A stretch of DNA of 16,653 nucleotides from a virus. Its lineage: Duplodnaviria; Heunggongvirae; Uroviricota; Caudoviricetes. This document shows positions 1 to 7,821 of the stretch, piece after piece. The stretch lies in IMG/VR virus record IMGVR_UViG_2869947659_000004, one strand, 5' to 3'. Both the position numbers and the translations under genes were made by a program. Positions within the stretch are counted from its first letter, which is position 1. Each line of letters opens with the position of its first letter. The notes beneath the pieces are model-generated. The model was given only the letters and a program-made list of their open reading frames with translations. It ran no database searches and was not told where the DNA came from.

Positions 1-888
1 ATGCCACTGCTGGATAAGCTGCGTAAGCTGTACGGGGTCGGACCGGTATGCAGTGAACTACATATTGCCCCGTCAACGTATTACCACTGTCAGCAACAGC
101 GACATCATCCTGATAAACGCAGTGCCCGTGCGCAGCGCGATGACTGGCTGAAGAAAGAGATACTGCGCGTATACGATGGGAATCATCAGGTATACGGTGT
201 GCGTAAAGTCTGGCGTCAGTTGTTACGGGAAGGTATCAGAGTGGCCAGATGCACTGTGGCACGTCTCATGGCGGTTATGGGACTTGCCGGCGTTCTCCGG
301 GGTAAAAAGGTCCGTACGACCATCAGCCGGAAAGCCGTTGCCGCAGGCGACCGCGTAAACCGTCAGTTCGTGGCAGAACGACCTGACCAGCTGTGGGTGG
401 CTGATTTTACTTACGTCAGCACATGGCAGGGCTTCGTCTATGTGGCGTTCATTATTGATGTGTTTGCCGGATACATCGTGGGGTGGAGGGTCTCATCGTC
501 CATGGAAACGACATTCGTGCTGGATGCTCTGGAGCAGGCGTTATGGGCCCGTCGACCGTCCGGCACGGTCCATCACAGTGATAAAGGTTCTCAGTATGTA
601 TCGCTGGCCTACACACAGCGGCTTAAGGAAGCCGGATTACTGGCATCAACAGGAAGTACAGGCGACTCGTATGACAACGCGATGGCGGAGAGCATCAATG
701 GTCTTTACAAAGCGGAGGTAATACACCGTAAGAGCTGGAAAAACCGTGCAGAAGTGGAACTGGCCACACTCACGTGGGTGGACTGGTATAATAATCGACG
801 ATTGCTGGAAAGGCTGGGCCACATCCCTCCGGCAGAAGCAGAAAAAGCTTATTATGCTTCCATCGGAAACGATGATCTGGCAGCCTGA
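1..888 (+). CDS. IS3-family transposase OrfB (integrase core, DDE)
   Basis: 295-aa ORF with the IS3-group OrfB signature (…HHSDKGSQY…, …YDNAMAES…); same protein as 6617..7507 (-). Confidence 0.9.
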   Translation: MPLLDKLRKLYGVGPVCSELHIAPSTYYHCQQQRHHPDKRSARAQRDDWLKKEILRVYDGNHQVYGVRKVWRQLLREGIRVARCTVARLMAVMGLAGVLRGKKVRTTISRKAVAAGDRVNRQFVAERPDQLWVADFTYVSTWQGFVYVAFIIDVFAGYIVGWRVSSSMETTFVLDALEQALWARRPSGTVHHSDKGSQYVSLAYTQRLKEAGLLASTGSTGDSYDNAMAESINGLYKAEVIHRKSWKNRAEVELATLTWVDWYNNRRLLERLGHIPPAEAEKAYYASIGNDDLAA

Positions 889-930
889 GTTCACAGATAA
901 AACACTCTCCAGGAAACTCGGGGCGGTTCA
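1..930 (+). mobile_element. IS3-family insertion sequence (IS629/IS1203-like), copy 1; left part lies outside the window
   Basis: orfB translation is identical to the orfB of the complete copy at 6575..7875. The right end ...CTCGGGGCGGTTCA at 930 matches the terminal repeat of copy 2, and flanking sequence diverges immediately after. Confidence 0.85.
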
Positions 931-1170
931 CCCTTCTCCGGTCACCTGTTCATCTTCCGTGGCCGACGGGGTGACATGATTAAAATCCTGTGGGCTGATG
1001 CTGATGGTCTGTGCCTGTTCACCAGACGCCTGGAGGAAGGCCAGTTTATCTGGCCTGCTGTGCGTGACGGCAAGGTATCCATTACCCGCTCGCAACTGGC
1101 AATGCTCCTCGATAAGCTGGACTGGCGTCAGCCAAAAACATCCCGCCTTAATGCACTGACAATGTTGTAA
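931..1170 (+). pseudogene. IS66-family TnpB, C-terminal fragment (5' part displaced by IS629)
   Basis: The frame reads …PFSGHLFIFRGRRGDMIKILWADADGLCLFTRRLEEGQFIWP… from the first base after the IS629 end; this matches the conserved TnpB C-terminus. Confidence 0.8.
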
Positions 1171-1200
1171 AAATGTCATGGCCGGATTATAAAAACGGCC

Positions 1201-2793
1201 ATGAATCAAAAATACCTCATTCGCATTGCAGAACTGGAATGCCAGCTCCGTCAGAAAGACCAGCAACTGAGTCTGGTTGAAGAGACGGAGGCCTTCCTGC
1301 GCTCTGCACTGGCCCGCGCCGAAGAAAAGATCGAAGAAGATGAACGGGAAATAGAACATCTGCGGGCTCAGATAGAAAAACTGCGCCGGATGCTGTTCGG
1401 TACCCGTTCTGAAAAACTGCGTCGTGAAGTTGAACAGGCTGAGGCCCTGCTGAAACAACGCGAACAGGACAGTGATCGTTACAGTGGGCGGGAAGACGAT
1501 CCGCAGGTTCCCCGCCAGTTGCGACAGTCTCGTCATCGTCGCCCGTTACCGGAGCATCTGCCCCGCGAAATAAATCGCCTGGAGCCAGAAGAAAGCTGTT
1601 GCCCGGAGTGTGGCGGTGAGCTGGATTATCTGGGGGAAGTCAGCGCAGAACAACTGGAACTGGTGAGCAGCGCTCTGAAAGTGCTCCGCACAGAACGGGT
1701 AAAAAAAGCCTGTACAAAATGTGACTGCATCGTTGAAGCACCGGCACTATCCCGTCCGATAGAGCGTGGTATCGCGGGCCCGGGGTTACTTGCCCGCGTG
1801 TTAACGGGAAAATACTGCGAACACCTGCCACTGTATCGTCAGAGTGAAATTTTTGCCCGTCAGGGTGTCGAACTGAGCCGTGCATTACTCTCCAACTGGG
1901 TTGACGCGTGCTGCCAGTTAATGACGCCGCTGAATGATGCTCTGTACCGTTATGTAATGAACAGCCGCAAAGTTCACACTGATGACACACCAGTAAAAGT
2001 GCTGGCACCGGGCAGGAAGAAGGCGAAAACAGGATATATCTGGACGTATGTCCGGGATGACAGGAATGCCGGTTCGCCAGAGCCTCCGACGGTCTGGTTC
2101 GCCTACTCACCGGACCATCAGGGTAAACATCCGGAGCAGCACCTTAGTCCCTTCCGGGGTATCCTGCAGGCAGATGCGTTTAATGGTTACGATCGGCTGT
2201 TCAGTGCCGAACGAGAAGGCGGCGCGTTGACGGAAGCAGGATGCTGGGCTCATGCGCGGCGCAAAGTCCACGATGTATATATCAGTACCAAAAGCGCGAC
2301 AGCGGAAGAAGCCCTGAAACTAATCGGTGAGCTGTACGCCATCGAGCACGAAATACGCGGGTTGCCGGTGTCTGAACGCCTGGCGGTCAGGCAAATGCAG
2401 AGTAAACCGCTACTGACTTCCCTGTATAAGCTGATGCAGGAGAAAGAACACACGTTATCGAAAAAATGCCGTCTGAGAGATGCGTTCCGGTATATCAGGA
2501 AGCACTGGGTTGCGTTGTGCAACTTCAGTGATGATGGTCTGGCTGAGGCGGATAATAATGCCGCGGAAAGAGCGCTTCGTGCAGTCTGTCTCGGAAAGAA
2601 AAACTTTATGTTCTTCGGCAGCGATCACGGTGGAGAGCGTGGTGCGCTACTGTACGGGCTGATCGGCACCTGCCGACTGAACGGTATCGATCCGGAAGCG
2701 TATCTGCGCTATATCCTGAGCGTACTGCCGGAATGGCCTTCCAACCGTGTTGACGAACTCCTGCCATGGAACGTAGCACTCACCAATAAATAA
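1201..2793 (+). CDS. IS66-family transposase TnpC
   Basis: 530-aa ORF with N-terminal coiled coil, CxxC…CxxC zinc-binding motif (CPECGGE…CTKCDC) and the IS66 transposase core; RBS-distance start after tnpB. Confidence 0.9.
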   Translation: MNQKYLIRIAELECQLRQKDQQLSLVEETEAFLRSALARAEEKIEEDEREIEHLRAQIEKLRRMLFGTRSEKLRREVEQAEALLKQREQDSDRYSGREDDPQVPRQLRQSRHRRPLPEHLPREINRLEPEESCCPECGGELDYLGEVSAEQLELVSSALKVLRTERVKKACTKCDCIVEAPALSRPIERGIAGPGLLARVLTGKYCEHLPLYRQSEIFARQGVELSRALLSNWVDACCQLMTPLNDALYRYVMNSRKVHTDDTPVKVLAPGRKKAKTGYIWTYVRDDRNAGSPEPPTVWFAYSPDHQGKHPEQHLSPFRGILQADAFNGYDRLFSAEREGGALTEAGCWAHARRKVHDVYISTKSATAEEALKLIGELYAIEHEIRGLPVSERLAVRQMQSKPLLTSLYKLMQEKEHTLSKKCRLRDAFRYIRKHWVALCNFSDDGLAEADNNAAERALRAVCLGKKNFMFFGSDHGGERGALLYGLIGTCRLNGIDPEAYLRYILSVLPEWPSNRVDELLPWNVALTNK

Positions 2794-2908
2794 GCGTCAA
2801 TACGGTGCTCCGTTGACGCTTACTATCGTATTGATTGATCTGCATCAAATTAACGTAAAAGCAACTTCAGATAATACAAATCAGCAACACTGAATATGGG
2901 GAAACATT

Positions 2909-3109
2909 ATGTCATCAAAGAACAGAACCCGCAGAACAACAACCCGCAACATCCGATTTCCAAACCAGATGATTGAACAAATTAACATCGCTCTTGATCT
3001 GAAAGGTTCAGGAAACTTTTCAGCGTGGGTTATTGAAGCCTGCAGGAGAAGGCTGGCAACAGATGCAACGCATCTGCGCCCGGCCAGCATGAAAAATAAC
3101 GAGAAATGA
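2909..3109 (+). CDS. ylcI: YlcI/YnfO-family (DUF3950) small prophage protein
   Basis: 66-aa ORF MSSKNRTRRTTTRNIRFPNQMIEQINIALDLKGSGNFSAWVIEACRRRL…, recalled as the DLP12 ylcI-type protein found near lysis/packaging genes of lambdoid prophages. Confidence 0.55.
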   Translation: MSSKNRTRRTTTRNIRFPNQMIEQINIALDLKGSGNFSAWVIEACRRRLATDATHLRPASMKNNEK

Positions 3110-3240
3110 ACGTTCGGTTACAGGAGCAGGTACCCACTGTCCTCCAACAATATTTCATCTTCATATCCGACGGAACAAGACTTACCCTGCCGGGATGTAC
3201 AGAATAACAACAGAGTGATAATTAATTTCTGATGAAATAA

Positions 3241-3573
3241 TCAGGGTGCAGAAGGACTAAAGATAAACGTTTTCTTCACGCCTTTACACGGCCTGTCCTT
3301 CTCAAATCGCCATTTTGCCATCGCCTTTACAACCTGCTCATCAAACAAATGGTGCGGCTCTGAACGGATAAACTCAATTCGGGTGACAGTACCATCAGCA
3401 CCAATATCAAACTTCACATCAACCCGTCCCTTTATATAATTTGCCGCTGCATAGGCCGGATATTGTGGTAATGCCTTAACCAACTGTCGGGGCATATCTG
3501 TTTTATGTTGCGTACAGCCCATAACCAGAGAAGACAACAAAATAATTAACGGAAGGTTTCTTTTCATTTTCAT
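3241..3573 (-). CDS. Lipoprotein consisting of a TonB C-terminal-like domain
   Basis: Signal peptide plus lipobox (…LLSSLVMGC, +2 Thr). The mature part, PQYPAYAAANYIKGRVDVKFDIGADGTVTRIEFIRSEPHHLFDEQVVKAMAKWRF, aligns residue-by-residue with the E. coli TonB C-terminus (PQYPARAQALRIEGQVKVKFDV…AMRRWRY). Start is uncertain: GTG 3582, ATG 3573 or ATG 3567. Confidence 0.7.
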   Translation of the reverse strand: MKMKRNLPLIILLSSLVMGCTQHKTDMPRQLVKALPQYPAYAAANYIKGRVDVKFDIGADGTVTRIEFIRSEPHHLFDEQVVKAMAKWRFEKDRPCKGVKKTFIFSPSAP

Positions 3574-3911
3574 TCCCGGCACAGATAAGAATAAGTCTTA
3601 TTCTAACAATGCCACCCTGTCGGTCATCAATCCTCTGCTTAATGGCAACGACAATTATCCGACTTAAATCACAAATCAGACACATGACATAACAGAGCTT
3701 GCGAGGTAACACATCGTCCGGTTTCTTCCACCATCGCACCGGACCAGCGACCATGAGGGGACAACGCCGCGCTCCGTTAACGCGGTAAACCCCGGTGTGT
3801 ATCGTTTTTGATTATCCCCGCACACTCGCGCAGAGGAGTCTCCCGGTCGGGCTGCGGTCTCTGTTAATGCGGGGATACGGCGACAATACCGCGCATGGTT
3901 AATAAGGTCGC

Positions 3912-4136
3912 TCAACACACTGGCTGTAATGCAGCGGATACCATGCGGCATTTAGCGGCATTAATCGTACACTCAACGGTTAGCTCTTCATTCGTGGCAT
4001 TCACCTGAAAGGTCCGGGAGTGTAATTGCGTACATTTACCACTGAACGAACCTTCAACAAGAACACGACCACGCTGCAAAATACGGAACGGAATTGTTCC
4101 CTGAAAAGGCTTTACGGTTACCAGTAATTTCTTCAT
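3912..4136 (-). CDS. Hypothetical 74-aa protein (5 Cys, no signal peptide)
   Basis: ATG is preceded by GGAG at RBS distance (CCGGAGAATGCATG), immediately downstream of the spanin genes on the same strand. No family recognised. Confidence 0.4.
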   Translation of the reverse strand: MKKLLVTVKPFQGTIPFRILQRGRVLVEGSFSGKCTQLHSRTFQVNATNEELTVECTINAAKCRMVSAALQPVC

Positions 4137-4159
4137 GCATTCTCCGGATAACAAAAATA

Positions 4160-4558
4160 CTAGTTAATACACTGAGTGCGGATATATTCCTGCGCCCCTT
4201 CCAGTTGCTTCTGCATTGTCATCAACCGCTCTCTGAGGGTGAAATAATCCCGTTCAGCGGTGTCTGCCAGTCGGGGGCCGGTTGCATTATCCATTCCGGA
4301 GGTGCCGGTGGCTTCACGCACGGTACCGGAGCAGGTGGCGTTGATCCGCAGGCGCTTACGACCAGCGGCAACATCACGCTGGCGCTGCTGCATGTCAGTA
4401 ATGGTTGCGTTTGCCAGCTCCAGCTCTCTGGCTTTTTTATCGCGCTGCGCTTTGTAGGTGATGGCGTTATCACGGTAATGGTCTGTTGCCAGCCACAGCG
4501 CACCACAGACCACCAGCAGAATAACGGTAAACGCGGAAAGCATTCGGTTTATGTTCAC
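4160..4558 (-). CDS. Rz: Spanin inner-membrane subunit Rz (i-spanin)
   Basis: …HYRDNAITYKAQRDK…PRLADTAERDYFTLRERL…MQKQLEG… matches lambda Rz. The track start at 4558 is GTG overlapping the upstream stop (GTGA); an ATG at 4543 is an alternative start. Confidence 0.85.
   Translation of the reverse strand: MNINRMLSAFTVILLVVCGALWLATDHYRDNAITYKAQRDKKARELELANATITDMQQRQRDVAAGRKRLRINATCSGTVREATGTSGMDNATGPRLADTAERDYFTLRERLMTMQKQLEGAQEYIRTQCIN
4222..4374 (-). CDS. Rz1: Spanin outer-membrane lipoprotein Rz1 (o-spanin), embedded in Rz in the +1 frame
   Basis: MLPLVVSACGSTPPAPVPCVKPPAPPEWIMQPAPDWQTPLNGIISPSESG: lipobox VSAC, proline-rich, near-identical C-terminus to lambda Rz1 (…WQTPLNGIISPSERG). Confidence 0.8.
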   Translation of the reverse strand: MLPLVVSACGSTPPAPVPCVKPPAPPEWIMQPAPDWQTPLNGIISPSESG

Positions 4559-4686
4559 CCCAGCAGCCCCGACGAAGACAACATCATCCAGGCCATGGAA
4601 AGAAAAAGAGCAACCAGCATTAGTGAAAATGAAATGCCGACAATTACACAGAGGCTCTTCGCCAGCGTTATGAGTTTGTCTGACAT
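4555..4686 (-). CDS. Hypothetical 43-aa single-pass membrane protein
   Basis: MSDKLITLAKSLCVIVGISFSLMLVALFLSMAWMMLSSSGLLG; strong SD (AAGGGAGGATTAAGCATG); its stop overlaps the Rz GTG start. Confidence 0.45.
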   Translation of the reverse strand: MSDKLITLAKSLCVIVGISFSLMLVALFLSMAWMMLSSSGLLG

Positions 4687-4700
4687 GCTTAATCCTCCCT

Positions 4701-4883
4701 TCACGATTTCAACGCAATGACCAGTTTTGCCAGCCCATACAGCATCGGGGACACAGCAACACCGACCGCCACCCACTTAATGGCAAAAGCCAGTGCTCTG
4801 CTGATGTCATCAGTTACAGGCGCTTTCAGTTCAAGGCCGTTTTTCATGGTCAACCTCAACAGAATTCGTTTATACTTCGCCAT
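4701..4883 (-). CDS. Hypothetical 60-aa protein with a C-terminal transmembrane segment
   Basis: MAKYKRILLRLTMKNGLELKAPVTDDISRALAFAIKWVAVGVAVSPMLYGLAKLVIALKS; SD AGGGAG 4 nt before the ATG (AAGGGAGAACATG); 14 nt upstream of the 43-aa ORF. Confidence 0.45.
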   Translation of the reverse strand: MAKYKRILLRLTMKNGLELKAPVTDDISRALAFAIKWVAVGVAVSPMLYGLAKLVIALKS

Positions 4884-4917
4884 GTTCTCCCTTGCCTTAC
4901 TCAAGGTCAGAAACACA

Positions 4918-4952
4918 AAACCCCGCTTGGTGCCAACAAACGGGGTTTTTAC
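4918..4952. terminator. Bidirectional rho-independent-type hairpin between the endolysin and the small ORF pair
   Basis: AAAACCCCG-n15-CGGGGTTTTT with T-rich runs on both strands. Confidence 0.5.
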
Positions 4953-5038
4953 TTTTATTCACTTACGTTTCGCCAGTTCGCAGGATTTCGTGTTATCCGT
5001 CCGCGTGCTCATGCCTTATTTTCAGCAAAATATTCTGC

Positions 5039-5572
5039 TTATCTGTCGATGTCCCAGCACGCCAGCGCACTTTCCTGGTCTCGCCGGGATACCTGACCGT
5101 AGCAATTATTTGAGCGGATACGGCAGTCTCTGCCACCGTCCTTAATCCACCAGCGAATCGCTTCGCATGCTCCCCTGCGGTCACCAGCATTAATCCGTCT
5201 GTAAAACGTCGACGGGAAACACTTACCGGGGCCAATGTTATAGGGACAAAATGACGCGATACCCGCTTTCTGGGGTTCGGTCAGCGGCACTTTAATATTG
5301 CGCTCCACCCATGCCAGCGCCTTATCACGCTCAATGGCGTTGACCTGGTCGCATTTTTCCTTCGACAACTTCATGCCCGGGACGACAGGTTTACTATCCA
5401 CCAGGATGGCACCGCGGCAGATGGTCCAGATACCCGCGCCATCACGGTATGCCGTGGTGTGGTTACCTTCCTTTTCATCCAGAAACTGGTCGAGGATTTC
5501 AGGCGCAGGCGCACCTGCGGCAATCAGCGCCAGAACGGCAGCCGACAGGCCGTATTTGATTTTGGTGTTCAT
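5039..5572 (-). CDS. R: SAR endolysin (phage lysozyme, GH24) with N-terminal signal-anchor-release domain
   Basis: 177 aa; the Ala/Gly-rich weakly hydrophobic N-terminus (GLSAAVLALIAAGAPAPE) is followed by a T4-lysozyme-type catalytic region (…EGNHTTAYRDGAGIWTICRG…). Recalled as near-identical to Qin RrrQ. Confidence 0.9.
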   Translation of the reverse strand: MNTKIKYGLSAAVLALIAAGAPAPEILDQFLDEKEGNHTTAYRDGAGIWTICRGAILVDSKPVVPGMKLSKEKCDQVNAIERDKALAWVERNIKVPLTEPQKAGIASFCPYNIGPGKCFPSTFYRRINAGDRRGACEAIRWWIKDGGRDCRIRSNNCYGQVSRRDQESALACWDIDR

Positions 5573-5622
5573 GGATATTTATCAGGGTTTATCGATTTCA
5601 AATCCCTGGATATGTTAAGTCT

Positions 5623-5967
5623 TCAGGCCAGCGGTGGAGTCTTCAGAGAACCAGTAATTATTCCCGGTAGTTTTCCTCTGTAGGTTATCAACACATCCTG
5701 CGCCTCTAAAATTACGGGGCGCTTTTCCGGCAACGGACCATCCCCTTCACATAACCCGGCAGCAACATCCATGAAAAACTGCTTCGCCTGCTTTTTCGCC
5801 TCAGCTTCGTAAAACTCCAGCGTGGCATCTTCAGTACGGTCAAGACTAATCGCCACATCTGGCAACAACAGTGACGGATACCCACCAATTTCCAGTGCCA
5901 CAGTAACAGTAATCTTATTCGGGTAATTATTTATCCCTTTAACAACCAGTTCGTATTTTTTCTTCAT
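5623..5967 (-). CDS. DUF1327 (YdfR-like) prophage protein between holin and endolysin
   Basis: 114-aa soluble protein in the position occupied by ydfR between essQ and rrrQ in the Qin prophage; assignment is from recall. Confidence 0.6.
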   Translation of the reverse strand: MKKKYELVVKGINNYPNKITVTVALEIGGYPSLLLPDVAISLDRTEDATLEFYEAEAKKQAKQFFMDVAAGLCEGDGPLPEKRPVILEAQDVLITYRGKLPGIITGSLKTPPLA

Positions 5968-5971
5968 CGCT

Positions 5972-6187
5972 TTACTCTCCCCGCGCCGCCTTACGACGGT
6001 CCTCTCTGATTTTGAAATACAGGTTAGTCAGATATGTCAGCAGCCCAAACAACAGACTCCCCAGCACGCCTATTGCCGCCCACTGAGACGGGGAAACCCT
6101 GTCCAGCAACTGCAGGAACCAGTAGCCCGTTCCCACCGCTGACGTGGTGTATGACACACCTGTTGTGATTTTTTCCATCTGGTACAT
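5972..6187 (-). CDS. S: Class II holin, phage-21 S-like pinholin with dual start (71/68 aa)
   Basis: [71 protein letters not shown]: two TMDs, S21-like C-terminus, Met1/Met4 dual-start motif, SD GGGAG upstream. Confidence 0.9.
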   Translation of the reverse strand: MYQMEKITTGVSYTTSAVGTGYWFLQLLDRVSPSQWAAIGVLGSLLFGLLTYLTNLYFKIREDRRKAARGE

Positions 6188-6263
6188 ACCCCGTCTCCCG
6201 CAATCCGGAAGCTCACAACAATATAAAGACCACCGGCACACACCGATGGTCCCTTGCGCATGC

Positions 6264-6509
6264 TTACATCATCATGTCGCTGTCAGGTGTAGGTTCACCG
6301 CCATCTGAAGCACTCCCGTCACCCGCGATACCTTCCGGCTCAGGAACCGCTGCTACGCCCAGCAGCTCATCCAGAATGGCATCCACTTCTGCATCAAGAC
6401 GCGACTCAAGATTCTGGCGAAGTTTCTGTTTCAGTGCGCTCCGGACTTCTTCAGAGCGCAGGACTTCCTTCACTGCCTCTGCAGTGACCAGGGATGTGAT
6501 TTCTGACAT
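6264..6509 (-). CDS. Hypothetical 81-aa acidic protein upstream of the holin
   Basis: Long ORF in the late-operon orientation with a helical N-terminus and a very acidic tail (…[18 protein letters not shown]). Weak RBS; no family recognised. Confidence 0.4.
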   Translation of the reverse strand: MSEITSLVTAEAVKEVLRSEEVRSALKQKLRQNLESRLDAEVDAILDELLGVAAVPEPEGIAGDGSASDGGEPTPDSDMMM

Positions 6510-6616
6510 GGGATTTTCTCGCTGAAAGGGGTTGTTAAGGAGTAACGGGTTCTTCGGGTTTGCTTCCGGCTGACTGAACCGCCCCGAGTTTCCTGGAGAG
6601 TGTTTTATCTGTGAAC

Positions 6617-7507
6617 TCAGGCTGCCAGATCATCGTTTCCGATGGAAGCATAATAAGCTTTTTCTGCTTCTGCCGGAGGGATGTGGCCCAGCCTTTCCAG
6701 CAATCGTCGATTATTATACCAGTCCACCCACGTGAGTGTGGCCAGTTCCACTTCTGCACGGTTTTTCCAGCTCTTACGGTGTATTACCTCCGCTTTGTAA
6801 AGACCATTGATGCTCTCCGCCATCGCGTTGTCATACGAGTCGCCTGTACTTCCTGTTGATGCCAGTAATCCGGCTTCCTTAAGCCGCTGTGTGTAGGCCA
6901 GCGATACATACTGAGAACCTTTATCACTGTGATGGACCGTGCCGGACGGTCGACGGGCCCATAACGCCTGCTCCAGAGCATCCAGCACGAATGTCGTTTC
7001 CATGGACGATGAGACCCTCCACCCCACGATGTATCCGGCAAACACATCAATAATGAACGCCACATAGACGAAGCCCTGCCATGTGCTGACGTAAGTAAAA
7101 TCAGCCACCCACAGCTGGTCAGGTCGTTCTGCCACGAACTGACGGTTTACGCGGTCGCCTGCGGCAACGGCTTTCCGGCTGATGGTCGTACGGACCTTTT
7201 TACCCCGGAGAACGCCGGCAAGTCCCATAACCGCCATGAGACGTGCCACAGTGCATCTGGCCACTCTGATACCTTCCCGTAACAACTGACGCCAGACTTT
7301 ACGCACACCGTATACCTGATGATTCCCATCGTATACGCGCAGTATCTCTTTCTTCAGCCAGTCATCGCGCTGCGCACGGGCACTGCGTTTATCAGGATGA
7401 TGTCGCTGTTGCTGACAGTGGTAATACGTTGACGGGGCAATATGTAGTTCACTGCATACCGGTCCGACCCCGTACAGCTTACGCAGCTTATCCAGCAGTG
7501 GCATCAC
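6617..7507 (-). CDS. IS3-family transposase OrfB (DDE integrase core)
   Basis: Same translation as 1..888 (+); overlaps orfA by 4 nt, consistent with an OrfAB frameshift fusion. Confidence 0.9.
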   Translation of the reverse strand: MMPLLDKLRKLYGVGPVCSELHIAPSTYYHCQQQRHHPDKRSARAQRDDWLKKEILRVYDGNHQVYGVRKVWRQLLREGIRVARCTVARLMAVMGLAGVLRGKKVRTTISRKAVAAGDRVNRQFVAERPDQLWVADFTYVSTWQGFVYVAFIIDVFAGYIVGWRVSSSMETTFVLDALEQALWARRPSGTVHHSDKGSQYVSLAYTQRLKEAGLLASTGSTGDSYDNAMAESINGLYKAEVIHRKSWKNRAEVELATLTWVDWYNNRRLLERLGHIPPAEAEKAYYASIGNDDLAA

Positions 7508-7821
7508 TGGCGGTCGAACTCCGCCTTCGCAAAATAAGCGGAAGCCTGGCGAAGGATATCGTTACTGCGGCGCAGTTCACGATTTTCACGTTCCAGCTCT
7601 TTCAGACGCTGACGTTCAGCGGTGGTGAGCCCGCCATCACCGCCTCCGGTATCCCGCTCATGCTGGCGTACCCAGACACGCAGAGTCTCCGGTGTACAGC
7701 CAATCTTTGGGGCAATGGAACAAATTGCCGCCCACTGTGAGTCATATTCGCCCTGACTTTCCAGAACCATACGAATCGCCCTCTGACGGACTTCGGGGGA
7801 AAAACGAGTATTTTTAGTCAT
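7504..7821 (-). CDS. IS3-family transposase OrfA (HTH)
   Basis: [57 protein letters not shown]…; 54-nt leader after the left terminal repeat. Confidence 0.9.
   Translation of the reverse strand: MTKNTRFSPEVRQRAIRMVLESQGEYDSQWAAICSIAPKIGCTPETLRVWVRQHERDTGGGDGGLTTAERQRLKELERENRELRRSNDILRQASAYFAKAEFDRQ

Larger units (their letters stand above)
931..2823 (+). mobile_element. IS66-family element, right-hand portion, interrupted by IS629 copy 1 inside tnpB
   Basis: TnpB C-terminal fragment followed by intact TnpC. A terminal hairpin AAGCGTCAA-n12-TTGACGCTTAC closes the element at about 2823, consistent with IS66-type ends (GTAAGCG...). Confidence 0.8.

Noticed and set aside
746-979. 77-aa ORF ([12 protein letters not shown]…) spanning the IS629 right end, and its twin at 6535..6759
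   Set aside because: Antisense to the transposase; the two copies diverge exactly at the IS boundary, showing they are read-through artefacts rather than a gene.
1640-2522. Antisense ORFs of 156 aa and 90 aa inside IS66 tnpC
   Set aside because: They lie wholly within a well-supported transposase ORF on the opposite strand and have no RBS and no recognisable protein features; shadow ORFs.
3110-3240. Short inverted repeat (CTGAT-GAAATA-ATCAG) between the convergent ylcI and lipoprotein genes
   Set aside because: The stem is only 5 bp and is probably just a weak convergent terminator; not reported as a feature.
4160-4558. Rz appears about 20 residues shorter than lambda Rz, suggesting an internal deletion
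   Set aside because: The comparison relies on a recalled lambda sequence. Rz length is naturally variable and the embedded Rz1 is intact, so this is probably a normal variant.
4953-5038. Possible dedicated promoter for the small ORF pair in the endolysin-proximal spacer
   Set aside because: No convincing -35/-10 pair with proper spacing was found by eye, and the region lies upstream of the hairpin, not between it and the ORFs.
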